64,000 bases of DNA, from positions 13,588 to 77,587 of the forward strand of contig JBAZSG010000002.1 in assembly GCA_041662585.1 (NCBI GenBank), written 5' to 3'. The notes under the pieces were generated by a model. That model searched no databases. It saw only the letters and a program-made list of their open reading frames with translations, and was not told the DNA's origin. The translations under genes were made by a program, and so were the position numbers. Source of the DNA: Patescibacteria group bacterium (GTDB lineage: Bacteria; Patescibacteriota; Patescibacteriia; UBA1558; GWA2-36-10). Shown in pieces: positions 12,650 to 24,267 of this stretch (positions are counted from its first letter, which is position 1; each line of letters starts with the position of its first letter).

Positions 12650-15500
12650 ATTTATTTTTATTAATCATTTTGGCTAAATAATTGCCCGTATGAGATTCTT
12701 TGACTTTAGCTACTTCAATAGGGGTGCCTTTGGCGACTATTTGTCCACCTTTGTCTCCTCCTTCTGGACCAAGATCTATTACCCAATCAGAGGATTTTAT
12801 AACATCTAAATTATGTTCAATTACTAACACTGTATTACCTTTGTCTACCAAACGATGTAAAACTTCCAAGAGTCTTTTCACATCATCAAAATGAAGTCCT
12901 GTAGTAGGCTCATCCAAAATATATAAAGTCCTGCCGGAAGAACGACGAGAAAGCTCGGTAGCCAGTTTGATACGCTGAGCTTCTCCACCAGATAAGGTAG
13001 TGGCTGGTTGCCCCAGTTTTATATAGCCCAGTCCTACATCAACTAGAGTTTTCAATTTATTATAAATATTTGGTACATCATCAAAAAAATCCATAGCCTC
13101 TTCAGCTGTCATAGACAAAATTTCTGAAATATCTTTACTCTTATAATGAATCTCCAAGGCTTCTTCATTATATCTTTTGCCATGACACTCTTTACACTCT
13201 ACATATACATTTGGCAAAAAATTCATTTCTATTTTTATAGAACCATCACCCTGACAATTTTCACAACGTCCACCTTTGACATTAAAAGAAAATCTACCAG
13301 CTTTGTATCCTCTGATTTGAGCCTCAGCCAATTCGGCAAACAAATCTCTAATATAAGTAAAGGCTCCCGTATAAGTAGCTGGGTTTGATCTTGGTGTACG
13401 GCCAATTGGAGACTGATCAATATCAATTACTTTATCAATATTTTCCAAACCTTTTATTTCTCGATGTTCGCCCGGATTGTCTTTTGATCTATAAAAATGT
13501 TTGGTCAAGGCTTTGGCCAAAATTTCAGTCATTAGAGTTGATTTGCCAGATCCAGAAACACCAGTAATTGATATAAATTTACCCAAAGGAAATTCTACAT
13601 CTATATCTTTCAAATTAAATGCTTTGGCTCCCAAAATAGACAAAGTTTTGCCATTGCCTTTTCTGTATTTTTTGGGCATTGGAATAAATTTTTTACCAGC
13701 CAAATACTGCCCCGTAAGAGATTTGGCGTTCTTCTTAACAGCCTCTGGAGTACCAGCTGCTACCACCTCACCACCATGTTTGCCAGCTCCCGGACCAATA
13801 TCTATCAAATAATCAGCTTCTAGCATTGTTTCTTCATCGTGCTCAACTACTATTACTGAATTACCCAAATCTCTTAACTCTTTGAGAGTTTTGATGAGTT
13901 TGGCATTGTCTATCTGATGAAGACCAATAGATGGCTCGTCCAAAATATACAAAACACCAGTAAGTGAAGAGCCAATCTGAGTAGCCAAGCGAATACGCTG
14001 AGCTTCTCCGCCTGACAAAGTAGAAGCTGTTCTATCCAAAGTAAGATAATTTAAGCCTACATTTTCCAAAAATACCAAACGATCTCTAATGGCCTTTATA
14101 ATTTGTTTGGCAATAATATTTTCATTTTCCGACAATTGTTTTGATAAGCCTTTAAATTCTTTTTGCAAATCATCAATGTTTTGAGCCACAATATCGGCAA
14201 TACTTTTTCCAGCTATCTTTATATTTAGTACCTCTGCTTTCAATCTTTTGCCCTGACAGTCTTTGCAAATTTCTATTCTCATATATCTCTCAATTTCACT
14301 CCGGATATATTCTGAATCTGTTTCTTTGTATCTTCTTTCTAGATTGGCTACGACTCCTTCAAAGGTATTATTGTTGTTATTAGAAAATTTTGAATTATCA
14401 ATGTCTAGTTTATAAATTTCATCTCCCGTACCATTAAAAATAATATCTAGTTGTTTGCTAGTTAGTTTATCTATTGGCACTCTGGTAGAAAATTTGTATT
14501 TTTGAGCCACTGCTTCAATGATAGCCGTATACCAATTTTGATTGGCCGCTGTCCTAGACCAAGGACGAATAGCTCCTTCAGCTAAAGATAATTTTTTGTT
14601 AGGAATTACCAAGTCTTGATCAACTGTCAATTTGGTACCTAGTCCTGTACAAGCAGGACAAGCTCCATGAGGGCTATTGAAAGAAAAGTTTCTAGCCTCA
14701 ATAGATGAAAAAACCACTTCGGGATGTTCTAAACAAGTAAAATGTTCGCTAAAAATATTATCTTCTTTTTCTCTGGATAAATAAGCTGTCAAAAATCCAT
14801 TGCCCATATCTAGGGCAATATCTACCACCTGAGTAAGTCTTTCTTTGGTTTTTTTGGTACCATCACATCTAAGATGATCAATAGCTACTTCTATACTGTG
14901 TCTTTTGTGTTTGTCTAGGTCTAGTTCTAAAGCTTCTTTTATATTATAAAATTCTCCATCAATTCTTAATTTTTTATAACCAGAAACCTTAAATCTTTCA
15001 ATAACCTGACGATGCTCGCCTTTTTTGTTTTTTATAATCGGAGCCAAAATTATAAATTCAGATTCTTTTGGTAATTGCCAAATTTTATTTACAATTTCTT
15101 TTTGAGTCAATTGAATCAAAACTTTGGAACATTTATGACAATGCGGTGTACCAGCTTTGGCAAATAAAAGCCTAAGATAATCATATATTTCAGTCACTGT
15201 GCCAACAGTAGAGCGAGGATTTCTAGAAGAAGATCTTTGATCAATAGATATAGCTGGAGAAAGCCCATCAATTTGCTCAACATCTGGTTTGTCCATCAAA
15301 TCCAAAAACTGTCTGGCATATGAAGAAAGTGATTCTACATAACGACGTTGCCCTTCGGCATAAATGGTATCAAACGCTAAAGAAGACTTTCCTGATCCAG
15401 AAAGTCCCGTAATTACCACAAATTTATTGCGTGGAATTTTTACATCTATATTTTTGAGATTGTGCACTTTGGCACCCTTGATGGTAATAAATTGAGGCAT
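12648..15500 (-). CDS. uvrA: Excinuclease ABC subunit A
   Basis: [23 protein letters not shown], two ABC domains, zinc fingers; start taken at MPQF. Confidence 0.98.
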   Translation of the reverse strand: MPQFITIKGAKVHNLKNIDVKIPRNKFVVITGLSGSGKSSLAFDTIYAEGQRRYVESLSSYARQFLDLMDKPDVEQIDGLSPAISIDQRSSSRNPRSTVGTVTEIYDYLRLLFAKAGTPHCHKCSKVLIQLTQKEIVNKIWQLPKESEFIILAPIIKNKKGEHRQVIERFKVSGYKKLRIDGEFYNIKEALELDLDKHKRHSIEVAIDHLRCDGTKKTKERLTQVVDIALDMGNGFLTAYLSREKEDNIFSEHFTCLEHPEVVFSSIEARNFSFNSPHGACPACTGLGTKLTVDQDLVIPNKKLSLAEGAIRPWSRTAANQNWYTAIIEAVAQKYKFSTRVPIDKLTSKQLDIIFNGTGDEIYKLDIDNSKFSNNNNNTFEGVVANLERRYKETDSEYIRSEIERYMRIEICKDCQGKRLKAEVLNIKIAGKSIADIVAQNIDDLQKEFKGLSKQLSENENIIAKQIIKAIRDRLVFLENVGLNYLTLDRTASTLSGGEAQRIRLATQIGSSLTGVLYILDEPSIGLHQIDNAKLIKTLKELRDLGNSVIVVEHDEETMLEADYLIDIGPGAGKHGGEVVAAGTPEAVKKNAKSLTGQYLAGKKFIPMPKKYRKGNGKTLSILGAKAFNLKDIDVEFPLGKFISITGVSGSGKSTLMTEILAKALTKHFYRSKDNPGEHREIKGLENIDKVIDIDQSPIGRTPRSNPATYTGAFTYIRDLFAELAEAQIRGYKAGRFSFNVKGGRCENCQGDGSIKIEMNFLPNVYVECKECHGKRYNEEALEIHYKSKDISEILSMTAEEAMDFFDDVPNIYNKLKTLVDVGLGYIKLGQPATTLSGGEAQRIKLATELSRRSSGRTLYILDEPTTGLHFDDVKRLLEVLHRLVDKGNTVLVIEHNLDVIKSSDWVIDLGPEGGDKGGQIVAKGTPIEVAKVKESHTGNYLAKMINKNK

Positions 15501-15667
15501 AAAATTATAAAATTTTAAAACAATAATCCTGACCATGGTAACATGGATTTATTACTAAGTCAATGACTAAAGAGTTTACAGCAAAATAAAAAGAACTTTA
15601 TAGCATGGTTGACAAAAAGACCTTTATTTGCTAGTATAAAGTAGTTATTTATTACTTCTTACAACCG

Positions 15668-15886
15668 ATGAAAAACTTAATCTATATTATCCAAATTGTG
15701 GTTTCCATTCTTTTGATGATCACTATTTTGCTACAACAAAAAGGATCTGGGCTAGGTGCTGGTTTTGGTGGCGAAAGTACTGTTTATCGTACCAAAAGAG
15801 GTGCAGAAAAATTTATTTTCAAACTTACAATTATTTTAGCTGTCTTATTTTTGGCCACCTCTTTGGCTAATATATTTATAGATTAG
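15668..15886 (+). CDS. secG: Preprotein translocase subunit SecG
   Basis: ILLQQKGSGLGAGFGG..TKRGAEK; TTGACA promoter at 15609. Confidence 0.92.
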   Translation: MKNLIYIIQIVVSILLMITILLQQKGSGLGAGFGGESTVYRTKRGAEKFIFKLTIILAVLFLATSLANIFID

Positions 15887-15943
15887 CTAATAGTTAATAA
15901 TTAAAATAAAAATATACTAGGCTTCTCCAAAATTAAAAGTTTT

Positions 15944-17788
15944 TTGATTTTTGTAAAAAATAAAAGTCAAAGTATCTTTGATAGTTTTTTTTCTTTATTA
16001 AAAAAAGGTAAAGACAAAATAGCCCCGGCTGAAAATGAAGATATCAATCAACAACTCATAATCCAACTCAACAAAAAAAAGATTCCTAGCCCCAGTCAAT
16101 TAAAGCACCTACCAAAATTCCTTAACAAACGAGAAAAACTCCAATTGTTACTAGCTCTGGCTATACTCATAGTATCCAGCGTTGGTATTACTTGGCGTTT
16201 CTATATAAAAAATTCAATCCCTGCTCCAAAATACGGTGGTGTTTACTCCGAAGGAATGATAGGCGTCCCTAGTTTGGTAAATCCAATACTAGCTACTTCT
16301 GATGTAGATAGAGATTTGACCAAGTTGATATTTTCTGGCCTGATGAAACAAGATGAAAATAATCAACTGATTCCTGATCTCGCTGGTGGCTATACTATAG
16401 ACGCAGAGCAGACTACCTATACTTTTGAATTGCGCGATGATATTCGTTGGCATGATGATACTCCAATCACAGCCAATGATGTAATATTTACTATAAACAA
16501 CATCAAAAATCCCGAGTATAAAAGTCCTTTTAAAAATAGTTTTAACGGTGTAACTGTCCAAGCTATAAATGACAAAACCATTCAGTTCAAATTGGAAAAA
16601 CCATTTACTCCTTTCTTATCAATTTTGACTCTTGGTATTATACCCGAACACCTTTGGTATTCTATCCCCGCCTTTGGAGCCAATCTAGCTGATTTAAATA
16701 TTAGACCAATAGGTAGTGGTCCTTATAAATTTAAATCATTGACCAGAGAAAGTAGTGGTAATATAAAATCCTATGTCTTAGAAGCTTATGAAGACTACTA
16801 TTTAGATAAAGCCTACATAAAAGAACTAAACTTCAAGTTTTATCCTGATTTTTCAACAGCTGTCACAGCCCTACAAAATAAAAATGTAGATGGACTCATA
16901 TATTTACCAAAAGAATATAAAGAGGTATTAAAAAATACAAATATTATTTTACATAATTTGCAATTTCCTCAATACACTGCTATTTTCTTTAATCCTAGCA
17001 AAAACGATCTATTGAATAACAACAGTTTTCGTGAAGCCTTGGCACTTTCAGTAGACAAAGAAAGAATATTAAATGAAGTATTGTATGGTGATGGACAAAT
17101 AATCAGCACTCCTATATTACCAGGACTTTTGGGTTATGATAGTACTATAAAAGCCCCCGAGTACAATCCAGAAAAATCCAAAGAAATCTTGGATAATCTA
17201 AAATTTACCATACCTGAAGACGGAAAATTTCGTACGCAAAGCAAAGATGACGAAAGTATAGAAATAAGTATAAAGCTTACCACTATAGATCAAACTGAAA
17301 ATGTAAAAATCGCGTCTATTATTCAAGAAAACTGGCAAAACATTGGTATCAAAACTGAGCTAAATATTATAGCTAAAGATAAAATAAAAAAAGATATTAT
17401 TGAAACCAGAGATTATGAAGCCCTAATTTTTGGTCAAGTCATAAATACCAATTCTGGGCCTTATCCTTTCTGGCACTCTAGTCAAAACAAAAACCCTGGC
17501 TTAAATCTCAGTGTCCTGGCCAACAAAGATATTGATGATTATCTAGATATAATACGTAGTGCAAAAAATGAAGAAAGTGAAATAGAACCATTGAAAAAAT
17601 TTCAAACCAAGCTATTGGAATTAAACTTTGCTATATTTTTATATAATCCTACTTATACTTACCCTACGGCTGACAAATTAAAAGGTATGGAAAACCTAAA
17701 ATTTATAAATTTGCCAGCTGATAGATTTAACAATATTACGTCTTGGTATATAAAAACCAAACGTATATTTTCTAGTGATAAAGATTAA
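15944..17788 (+). CDS. Peptide ABC transporter substrate-binding protein (SBP family 5), membrane-anchored
   Basis: YTFELRDDIRWHD..ITANDVIFT, PIGSGPYKF. Start uncertain. Confidence 0.85.
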   Translation: MIFVKNKSQSIFDSFFSLLKKGKDKIAPAENEDINQQLIIQLNKKKIPSPSQLKHLPKFLNKREKLQLLLALAILIVSSVGITWRFYIKNSIPAPKYGGVYSEGMIGVPSLVNPILATSDVDRDLTKLIFSGLMKQDENNQLIPDLAGGYTIDAEQTTYTFELRDDIRWHDDTPITANDVIFTINNIKNPEYKSPFKNSFNGVTVQAINDKTIQFKLEKPFTPFLSILTLGIIPEHLWYSIPAFGANLADLNIRPIGSGPYKFKSLTRESSGNIKSYVLEAYEDYYLDKAYIKELNFKFYPDFSTAVTALQNKNVDGLIYLPKEYKEVLKNTNIILHNLQFPQYTAIFFNPSKNDLLNNNSFREALALSVDKERILNEVLYGDGQIISTPILPGLLGYDSTIKAPEYNPEKSKEILDNLKFTIPEDGKFRTQSKDDESIEISIKLTTIDQTENVKIASIIQENWQNIGIKTELNIIAKDKIKKDIIETRDYEALIFGQVINTNSGPYPFWHSSQNKNPGLNLSVLANKDIDDYLDIIRSAKNEESEIEPLKKFQTKLLELNFAIFLYNPTYTYPTADKLKGMENLKFINLPADRFNNITSWYIKTKRIFSSDKD

Positions 17789-17828
17789 ATTATTACTAAC
17801 TAACAATTAAACATAAAAAACAACCGCT

Positions 17829-19811
17829 ATGAATGCAATGAAAGATTCAACCGATAATTTATTATCCGGTACTAATAGTACTAACCAACGTAAAGCAAAC
17901 ACTCCTCCACAAGGGAAAAAAACATATCCTCCAAAAAGAGGTGGTGTTAATAATGCTAATATTAAACAGACTACTAGACCTCAAAAAACAAAAAAAAGAT
18001 GGGGCAAAAAAACAACTATAAACCCTATTCAAAATGAGACAAAACAAACAACCAACACTCTCCATAAAAAACAAAATCAAAAACTTCATAAATATAGCAA
18101 AAGACCAGACACTGCAAAAACCAAAACTACTACTCGCCCACTAGCCGCCAACAAATTAAGAGTTATCCCTATTGGTGGTTGTGAAGAAGTTGGTCGTAAT
18201 ATGACTGTCTTTGAATATGGCAACGATATCATAATTGTTGACATGGGCTTACAATGGCCAGAAGAAGACATGCCAGGCATTGATTATATTATTCCGAATA
18301 TTGAATATCTGAAAGGTAAAGAAAAAAATATCCGTGGTGTAATCATCACCCATGGTCACTATGACCATATTGGAGCCATACCTCATCTAATACCAAAGCT
18401 TGGCCACCCTGATATTTATGGTACTCCTTTGACTCTAGGTATTATAGCCAAACGCCAAGAAGACTTTAGAGGAGAAAAATCTTTAAATCTAAAATCTATT
18501 ACCCCTAGTACCAAACTAGCTCTAGGAAAATTTAGACTTAGTTTTTTTGGTGTTAGTCACAATATCCCAGGATCTGTAGGTGTGATAATTGATACTCCGA
18601 TTGGAAAAATAGTGCACACTGGTGACTTTAAACTAGACATCAAAGCTTCAGGGGATGCTCCAACTGAAATAGCCAAAATAAAAGCTCTAGGAAATCAAAA
18701 TGTCGTAGCTCTGATGGCTGACTCTACCAATGCTCCTCAAACTGGACATCAATTGACTGAAGGCGATATCCAAACCAATATAGATGATATATTGACACAG
18801 GCCACTGGTAGAACAATAGTTGGTACCTTTGCTTCCCTTTTGGGTAGAATCCAGCAAATCATTTGGGCAGCTGAAAAAATAAATAAAAAAGTAGTTATTG
18901 AAGGATTTTCAATGAAAAGAAATGTTGAATTGGCCCAACAACTTGGCTATATGAAAGTCAAAAAAGGGACTATTATACAACTCAAAGACATGAAAAGCTA
19001 CCCTGATAATAAGATTATTATCATGTGTACTGGCGCTCAAGGTGAAGACAATGCTGTACTTATGCGTATCGCGACCAATGAACATCGAGTGCTCAAAGTA
19101 GAACGCGGTGACACAATAGTCTTTTCTTCTTCCGTGATTCCTGGTAATGAAAGATCTGTGCAAAGATTAAAAGATTATCTCTATAGAAAAGGTGCTGAAG
19201 TAATCAACTATCAAATGATGGATGTCCATGCTGGTGGTCATGCTAAACAAGAAGATTTATTTGATATGATCCAAATGGTCAAACCAAAATATCATATCCC
19301 AGTCTATGGAAATCACTCTTTCTTAAAAATGCATGGCAAAGTAGCTCAGAGAGCTGGCATACCAGAAAATAGAATTTTTATACCAGACAATGGACAATTT
19401 ATAGAATTTGGACCAAATGGTGTGGGCTTACTCACCAATGATAAAACCAACTCTGAATATGTATTTGTGGATGGTTTGGGAGTAGGTGATGTATCTCATG
19501 TCGTGTTACGCGATCGTAAAATGATGGCCGAAGATGGTATGATAGTAGTCATCACTACTATTGGTAAAAATGGTAAATTGATTCATTCTCCAGATATAAT
19601 CTCACGTGGATTTATATATATGAGAGAAAACAAAGAAATTGTAGAAACCATCAGAACCAAAATAAAAAATATTGTAAATGAACACAATAAAACAAGTGGT
19701 AAAATAAATGATACTTACATAAAAGAAGCTATCAGAAACGATCTAGGACAATTTATATTCCAAAAAACCAAAAGAAGACCAATGGTCTTACCAGTGGTTA
19801 TCGAAGTTTAA
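17829..19811 (+). CDS. rnj: Ribonuclease J with a long basic N-terminal extension
   Basis: GGCEEVGRNM, THGHYDHIG, HTGDFK, HAGGH, RRPMVLPV. Confidence 0.95.
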   Translation: MNAMKDSTDNLLSGTNSTNQRKANTPPQGKKTYPPKRGGVNNANIKQTTRPQKTKKRWGKKTTINPIQNETKQTTNTLHKKQNQKLHKYSKRPDTAKTKTTTRPLAANKLRVIPIGGCEEVGRNMTVFEYGNDIIIVDMGLQWPEEDMPGIDYIIPNIEYLKGKEKNIRGVIITHGHYDHIGAIPHLIPKLGHPDIYGTPLTLGIIAKRQEDFRGEKSLNLKSITPSTKLALGKFRLSFFGVSHNIPGSVGVIIDTPIGKIVHTGDFKLDIKASGDAPTEIAKIKALGNQNVVALMADSTNAPQTGHQLTEGDIQTNIDDILTQATGRTIVGTFASLLGRIQQIIWAAEKINKKVVIEGFSMKRNVELAQQLGYMKVKKGTIIQLKDMKSYPDNKIIIMCTGAQGEDNAVLMRIATNEHRVLKVERGDTIVFSSSVIPGNERSVQRLKDYLYRKGAEVINYQMMDVHAGGHAKQEDLFDMIQMVKPKYHIPVYGNHSFLKMHGKVAQRAGIPENRIFIPDNGQFIEFGPNGVGLLTNDKTNSEYVFVDGLGVGDVSHVVLRDRKMMAEDGMIVVITTIGKNGKLIHSPDIISRGFIYMRENKEIVETIRTKIKNIVNEHNKTSGKINDTYIKEAIRNDLGQFIFQKTKRRPMVLPVVIEV

Positions 19812-19827
19812 CCCTTGCCTGTATTTA

Positions 19828-19935
19828 TCCCCTAACACCCTAAATCCCCCTTAACAGGGGGATTTTTTCATTATCTATTATTTATCTCCTCCCCTGTTAA
19901 GGGGAGGTCGGGAGGGGTTAAGACGGAGGGGTGTT
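19828..19935. repeat. Inverted doublet of CCCCTTAACAGGGG hairpins (REP-like); the first copy serves as the rnj terminator
   Basis: CCCCTTAACAGGGG at 19847-19860 and its reverse complement at 19891-19904, with C-rich and G-rich flanks. Confidence 0.65.
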
Positions 19936-19996
19936 TTTATTTGACCCAAAGCGTTTATTTAGATAAAATATGATTATAGATTATTATAAAAAATAA

Positions 19997-20950
19997 ATGA
20001 AAAAATTATTTTCCGGTATCAAGCCAACAGGCAAAATTCATCTAGGCAACTATCTAGGAGCTTTAAAAAATTGGATAGATTTACAAGATAAATATACCTG
20101 CCTTTACTCTGTTGTAGATATGCACGCTTTGACTATAAACATTGGCCCTGATGAACTACGTGCCAATAGTATGCAAGTCGCTATAGACCTTTTGGCCTTG
20201 GGCATTGATCCCAAAAAATCTATCTTTTTCCGTCAATCTGATGTCATTGGACATACTGAACTAGCTTGGATATTTAATTGTCTTACCCCTATTTCTGAGC
20301 TAGAAAGAATGACTCAGTTTAAAGATGAATCAAAAAGTCACTCTGACAATGTCAATGCTGGTCTACTTACTTATCCTACTCTGATGGCGGCTGATATTTT
20401 ACTCTATCAAGCTGAAAATGTACCAGTGGGAGAAGACCAATTACAACATTTGGAACTAGCACGTATTATTGCTAGAAAATTTAACAATCGTTATCAAAGA
20501 TACTTTCCTGAAACCAAAGCCATCATATCTCCAGCTAGACGAGTAATGTCTCTCAAATATCCTAATAAAAAAATGAGCAAATCTCATGGTGAGGCAAGTT
20601 ACATTGCTATCCGAGATGATGAAGGCACTGTAAATAAAAAAATAAAAAAAGCAGTCACTGACAATCAAGGTATTTTAAATTTACTAGAGCTATATTCATA
20701 TTTTGGTGATCAAGATAAATATGAAAAAATGATGACCTTACACAAAACTAATAAACTAATGAGTCTACAACTAAAAGAAGAGTTGACCAAAGTTATATTA
20801 GAATTTCTAAGGCCTGTTCAGGAAAAAATAGCCTATTATGAAAATAATAAATCTAAAGTAGAGCTTATACTCCATGAAGGTGCCAAAAAAGCTCAAAGAA
20901 TAGCTGATCAAACCATGACTCAAGTCAAACAACTAATTGGTTTAAAATAG
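19997..20950 (+). CDS. trpS: Tryptophan--tRNA ligase
   Basis: SGIKPTG, HLGN, VPVGEDQ, KMSKS. Confidence 0.96.
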   Translation: MKKLFSGIKPTGKIHLGNYLGALKNWIDLQDKYTCLYSVVDMHALTINIGPDELRANSMQVAIDLLALGIDPKKSIFFRQSDVIGHTELAWIFNCLTPISELERMTQFKDESKSHSDNVNAGLLTYPTLMAADILLYQAENVPVGEDQLQHLELARIIARKFNNRYQRYFPETKAIISPARRVMSLKYPNKKMSKSHGEASYIAIRDDEGTVNKKIKKAVTDNQGILNLLELYSYFGDQDKYEKMMTLHKTNKLMSLQLKEELTKVILEFLRPVQEKIAYYENNKSKVELILHEGAKKAQRIADQTMTQVKQLIGLK

Positions 20951-20960
20951 TTAAATAAAA

Positions 20961-20986
20961 ATCCAGCCCCTCGCGAGGGGCTGGAT
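20961..20986. terminator. Bidirectional terminator
   Basis: Perfect palindrome ATCCAGCCCCTCGCGAGGGGCTGGAT between convergent genes. Confidence 0.75.
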
Positions 20987-20995
20987 AAAAAAATA

Positions 20996-22048
20996 TTATT
21001 TTGTCTTGACCTCGTTGATTATTGTTTTTTTCTGACAACAAGCCATTACATTTTCTATCGTCGTATCCAAAATTCTCTCTAGCGCTTCTTGACTATTAAA
21101 AGCATTGTGCGGAGTGACAATCACTTTATCAGAAATAAGCAGCATATGACCCTCAACAATGGTTTGTAAATAATTATTAATATTTTCTTTGCTCTTGCTA
21201 GCAAAATGGGGTGATAAAAGCTCAGCTTCTTCTTTTAAAATATATTTTTCCTCTTCCAAAACATCCAGACCAATGCCAGCCAATTTACCACTACGCAAGC
21301 CATCTACTAAGGCTGTAGTATCTATCAAGCCACCTCTAGCTGTATTGATAATCATAGCTTCTGACTTGATGAGTTTGATATTTTTTCTATTTATCAAATG
21401 GTGAGTCGCTTTATTATATGGCGCATGCAAAGATATAATATCAGATTTTTTTAACAAAACATCTAAAGTAGCATATTTAAAACCCAATCTCTTGGCTAGC
21501 TTGGCGTCTCTTTTTACATCATAGGCCAAAACATGCATACCAAACCCTTTAGCAATGCGGATAACATGCTGACCAATATGACCAGTACCCACGATACCAA
21601 TCGTCTTATCACGAAGATCAAAACCACGCAGACCATCTAAAGAAAAATTACCCCTAGATGTCCGCTCGTATGATTGATGAATTTTACGAGACAAAGATAA
21701 TATCAAGGCAAAGGTATGTTCAGCAACTGTGTTGGCGCCATAGCTAGGTACATTGGCTACTTTGACACCAGCTTGTTTGGCCGCTTTGAGATCAATATGA
21801 TCAAAACCTGTAGATCTGGTACTAATCAATTTTAAGTTTGGTAATTCCTCCATCACGGCCTTGCTTACTTTGGAATATATAAAAGGAGATAGCACATCAA
21901 CATCTTCAATATACTTCAAGTTTTTTTTATCAATTACATTATCAAAAAAATAAAGCTTAAAACCTTTTAAAGCTTTTTGTAAATATTCTTTCTCCCACTG
22001 CTCTACTTCAAAAAAGGCGACTTTTGTTTTTTGCTTTATTTTTGTCAT
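20996..22048 (-). CDS. D-2-hydroxyacid dehydrogenase (D-lactate dehydrogenase-like)
   Basis: RSTGFDHID, VAEH, GTGHIG, INTARG, TPHNAF. Confidence 0.9.
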   Translation of the reverse strand: MTKIKQKTKVAFFEVEQWEKEYLQKALKGFKLYFFDNVIDKKNLKYIEDVDVLSPFIYSKVSKAVMEELPNLKLISTRSTGFDHIDLKAAKQAGVKVANVPSYGANTVAEHTFALILSLSRKIHQSYERTSRGNFSLDGLRGFDLRDKTIGIVGTGHIGQHVIRIAKGFGMHVLAYDVKRDAKLAKRLGFKYATLDVLLKKSDIISLHAPYNKATHHLINRKNIKLIKSEAMIINTARGGLIDTTALVDGLRSGKLAGIGLDVLEEEKYILKEEAELLSPHFASKSKENINNYLQTIVEGHMLLISDKVIVTPHNAFNSQEALERILDTTIENVMACCQKKTIINEVKTK

Positions 22049-22060
22049 ATATATTATATA

Positions 22061-22864
22061 TTATTTTAATTTAATATTTTGTGATTTAATTTTTTTACCC
22101 AAAAATTTTTGAGCAGCTTTATCAAATTTTGCGCTATTACCAGTTGTTAAAAATAGCTTACTTGGTTTTTTGGATGGCTGATTATATTCTGGATGCCTAC
22201 TTATATAATCTACCAATTTATCAGCTATAATCTGTCCACTGGTTAATACTACCACTTCTTTACCAAAACTTTTGGCTATCATTTCTTGAAGCCAACCATA
22301 GTGAGTACAACCCAAAACCACTGCATCCAAATTGGCTCTCTTAAGTGTTTTGATATACTCTGTCAAAATTATTTGAGTCTCTGGCATATTTTCACGCGAC
22401 TCTTCAATCAAAGGAACAAGTAGTGGGCAAGCCTGTTGAATAACGTGAATATTTCTATTTATACTTGAAAACTCATTGATATAAGCCTGAGAATCAACGG
22501 TGCTAGTTGTAGCCATTACTCCTATTTTGGCATTTTTATCCAAGTCTGCATAGGCTTCTACCAAAGGTCTGATGACTCCCAAAACATTTCTACCTGGATA
22601 TTTATTTGGCAAATATTCTTGTTGCAATTTTCGAAGAGCCATAGCCGAGGCCGTATTACAGGCAAATATTATCAATTTACAATTTCGGGAAAACAAATAA
22701 TCCACTGCTTCCTGACTATATTTGTATATCAATTTTTGGCTCTTGTCTCCATAGGGAGATCTGGCATTGTCTCCTAAATAAATATAATCGTATTGCGGTA
22801 ATGTTTTCTCAATATCCTTAAAAATACTAAGTCCTCCATAACCAGAATCAAATATTCCAATCAT
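22061..22864 (-). CDS. murI: Glutamate racemase
   Basis: FDSGYGG, ACNTAS, LGCTHY. Confidence 0.96.
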   Translation of the reverse strand: MIGIFDSGYGGLSIFKDIEKTLPQYDYIYLGDNARSPYGDKSQKLIYKYSQEAVDYLFSRNCKLIIFACNTASAMALRKLQQEYLPNKYPGRNVLGVIRPLVEAYADLDKNAKIGVMATTSTVDSQAYINEFSSINRNIHVIQQACPLLVPLIEESRENMPETQIILTEYIKTLKRANLDAVVLGCTHYGWLQEMIAKSFGKEVVVLTSGQIIADKLVDYISRHPEYNQPSKKPSKLFLTTGNSAKFDKAAQKFLGKKIKSQNIKLK

Positions 22865-24267
22865 TATTGTTTTCTTTCTTTGAAATCTATTAAACTTTCT
22901 AATTCTTTTATTTTATCATCTAAAGTTTTTTTGGACTTGGCTTCAACTGTCAGTCTAAGTAATGGTTCGGTACCAGATGGACGAACATTAAACCACCAAT
23001 CTGAAAATTCTACAGTAATACCATCTATCTCATCTAAAATATTTTCCCCGTATTCATTTCTAAATTTTGCCATTTCCAAATCTCTGTCTTCTACTACAAA
23101 ATTTAATTCCTCACTCTTGTGATAAAGAGTATATTCTTTAATAATTTCTGAAACTGGACGACCATCTTGAGAAATAGCCTCTAGACTCAAAACCATAGCA
23201 ATAAAAGCACTGTCAGCATAGTAATTGTCTTTGAAAGCAAAATGAGCTGAAACTTCACCACTCATGATACCACCTTCTTCTCTCATATGACGAGCCAAAT
23301 TCATATAGCCAACTTCACTGCGTATAGCTTTGCCTCCCCATTTGTTTATAAGATCTTTTACTGAATGACTAGCAATCAAATTGTAGACAATGCCAGCGCC
23401 GGGATTTTTATCAAGTATAGCTTTGACCATTGGCAACATGGTCATATCTCCTTTGTAAAAAGTCCCTTGCTCATCTAGCAAATTTATCCTGTCGCCATCT
23501 ACATCACAAATAAAGCCCAAATCAGCACCTAGTTCTTTTATTTTGATAGCTAGTTTATCTGATGCTCCTTTGGTCAAAGGATTTGGAGGTCGATTTGGAA
23601 AATTGCCATCTGGATCAGTAAATATAAAAGTGGCCTGACAAGAAAGTTTGTTTAAAATTTCCTTCATCATTTTACCATTCATACCATTGCCAATATCAAT
23701 GACCACTTTGAGTGGTTTTACTTTTTTTGTATCTACAAAACTCAACACATGTGCTACATGATCTTCTATAATATCTTTTTTGATTATTTTGCCGTCTGTC
23801 TGCTCATCACTAATAGGAAAATCCAAATCTTTCATATATTGCAAAAGCTCCTTGCCTGACACAAAATCAATACTGTCAGCATATTGCAAGTTGCTATAAG
23901 CTAGCTTGCAACCACCATATTCTGGTGGATTGTGAGAAGCAGTAGCCATAAAACCACCATTATACTTGTACTTACCAACCGCAAAATAATAATCGTTTAT
24001 TGATAGCAAGCCTAGATCATAAATAGTAACTCCATATCTTAAAAAAATTTTAATTGCCTCATCAAGCAATGGTTTAGAAGAAATTCTTGCATCACTACAA
24101 ATCGCGATGCTCAATTCTTTGATGGGCTTGCCAATTTTCTCAGATAAAAATTTGAGATAAGCTTGGGCTATCAAATTCATAGCTTGCTCATTGATCTGAG
24201 TAGGGTAAATACCCCTAAAATCATAGGACTTAAAAATACTAAGATCCAAATCTTTAGAATATTCCAT
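22864..24267 (-). CDS. Phosphomannomutase/phosphoglucomutase
   Basis: FKSYDFRG, TASHNP, DVDGDR, GEVSAH, VRPSGTEP. Confidence 0.93.
   Translation of the reverse strand: MEYSKDLDLSIFKSYDFRGIYPTQINEQAMNLIAQAYLKFLSEKIGKPIKELSIAICSDARISSKPLLDEAIKIFLRYGVTIYDLGLLSINDYYFAVGKYKYNGGFMATASHNPPEYGGCKLAYSNLQYADSIDFVSGKELLQYMKDLDFPISDEQTDGKIIKKDIIEDHVAHVLSFVDTKKVKPLKVVIDIGNGMNGKMMKEILNKLSCQATFIFTDPDGNFPNRPPNPLTKGASDKLAIKIKELGADLGFICDVDGDRINLLDEQGTFYKGDMTMLPMVKAILDKNPGAGIVYNLIASHSVKDLINKWGGKAIRSEVGYMNLARHMREEGGIMSGEVSAHFAFKDNYYADSAFIAMVLSLEAISQDGRPVSEIIKEYTLYHKSEELNFVVEDRDLEMAKFRNEYGENILDEIDGITVEFSDWWFNVRPSGTEPLLRLTVEAKSKKTLDDKIKELESLIDFKERKQ

Noticed and set aside
15500-15667. LexA/SOS box upstream of uvrA
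   Set aside because: No convincing GAAC-N4-GTTC or CTGT-N8-ACAG palindrome.
19812-19996. T-box leader for trpS
   Set aside because: No T-box consensus or specifier stem seen; the region is explained by repeat hairpins.
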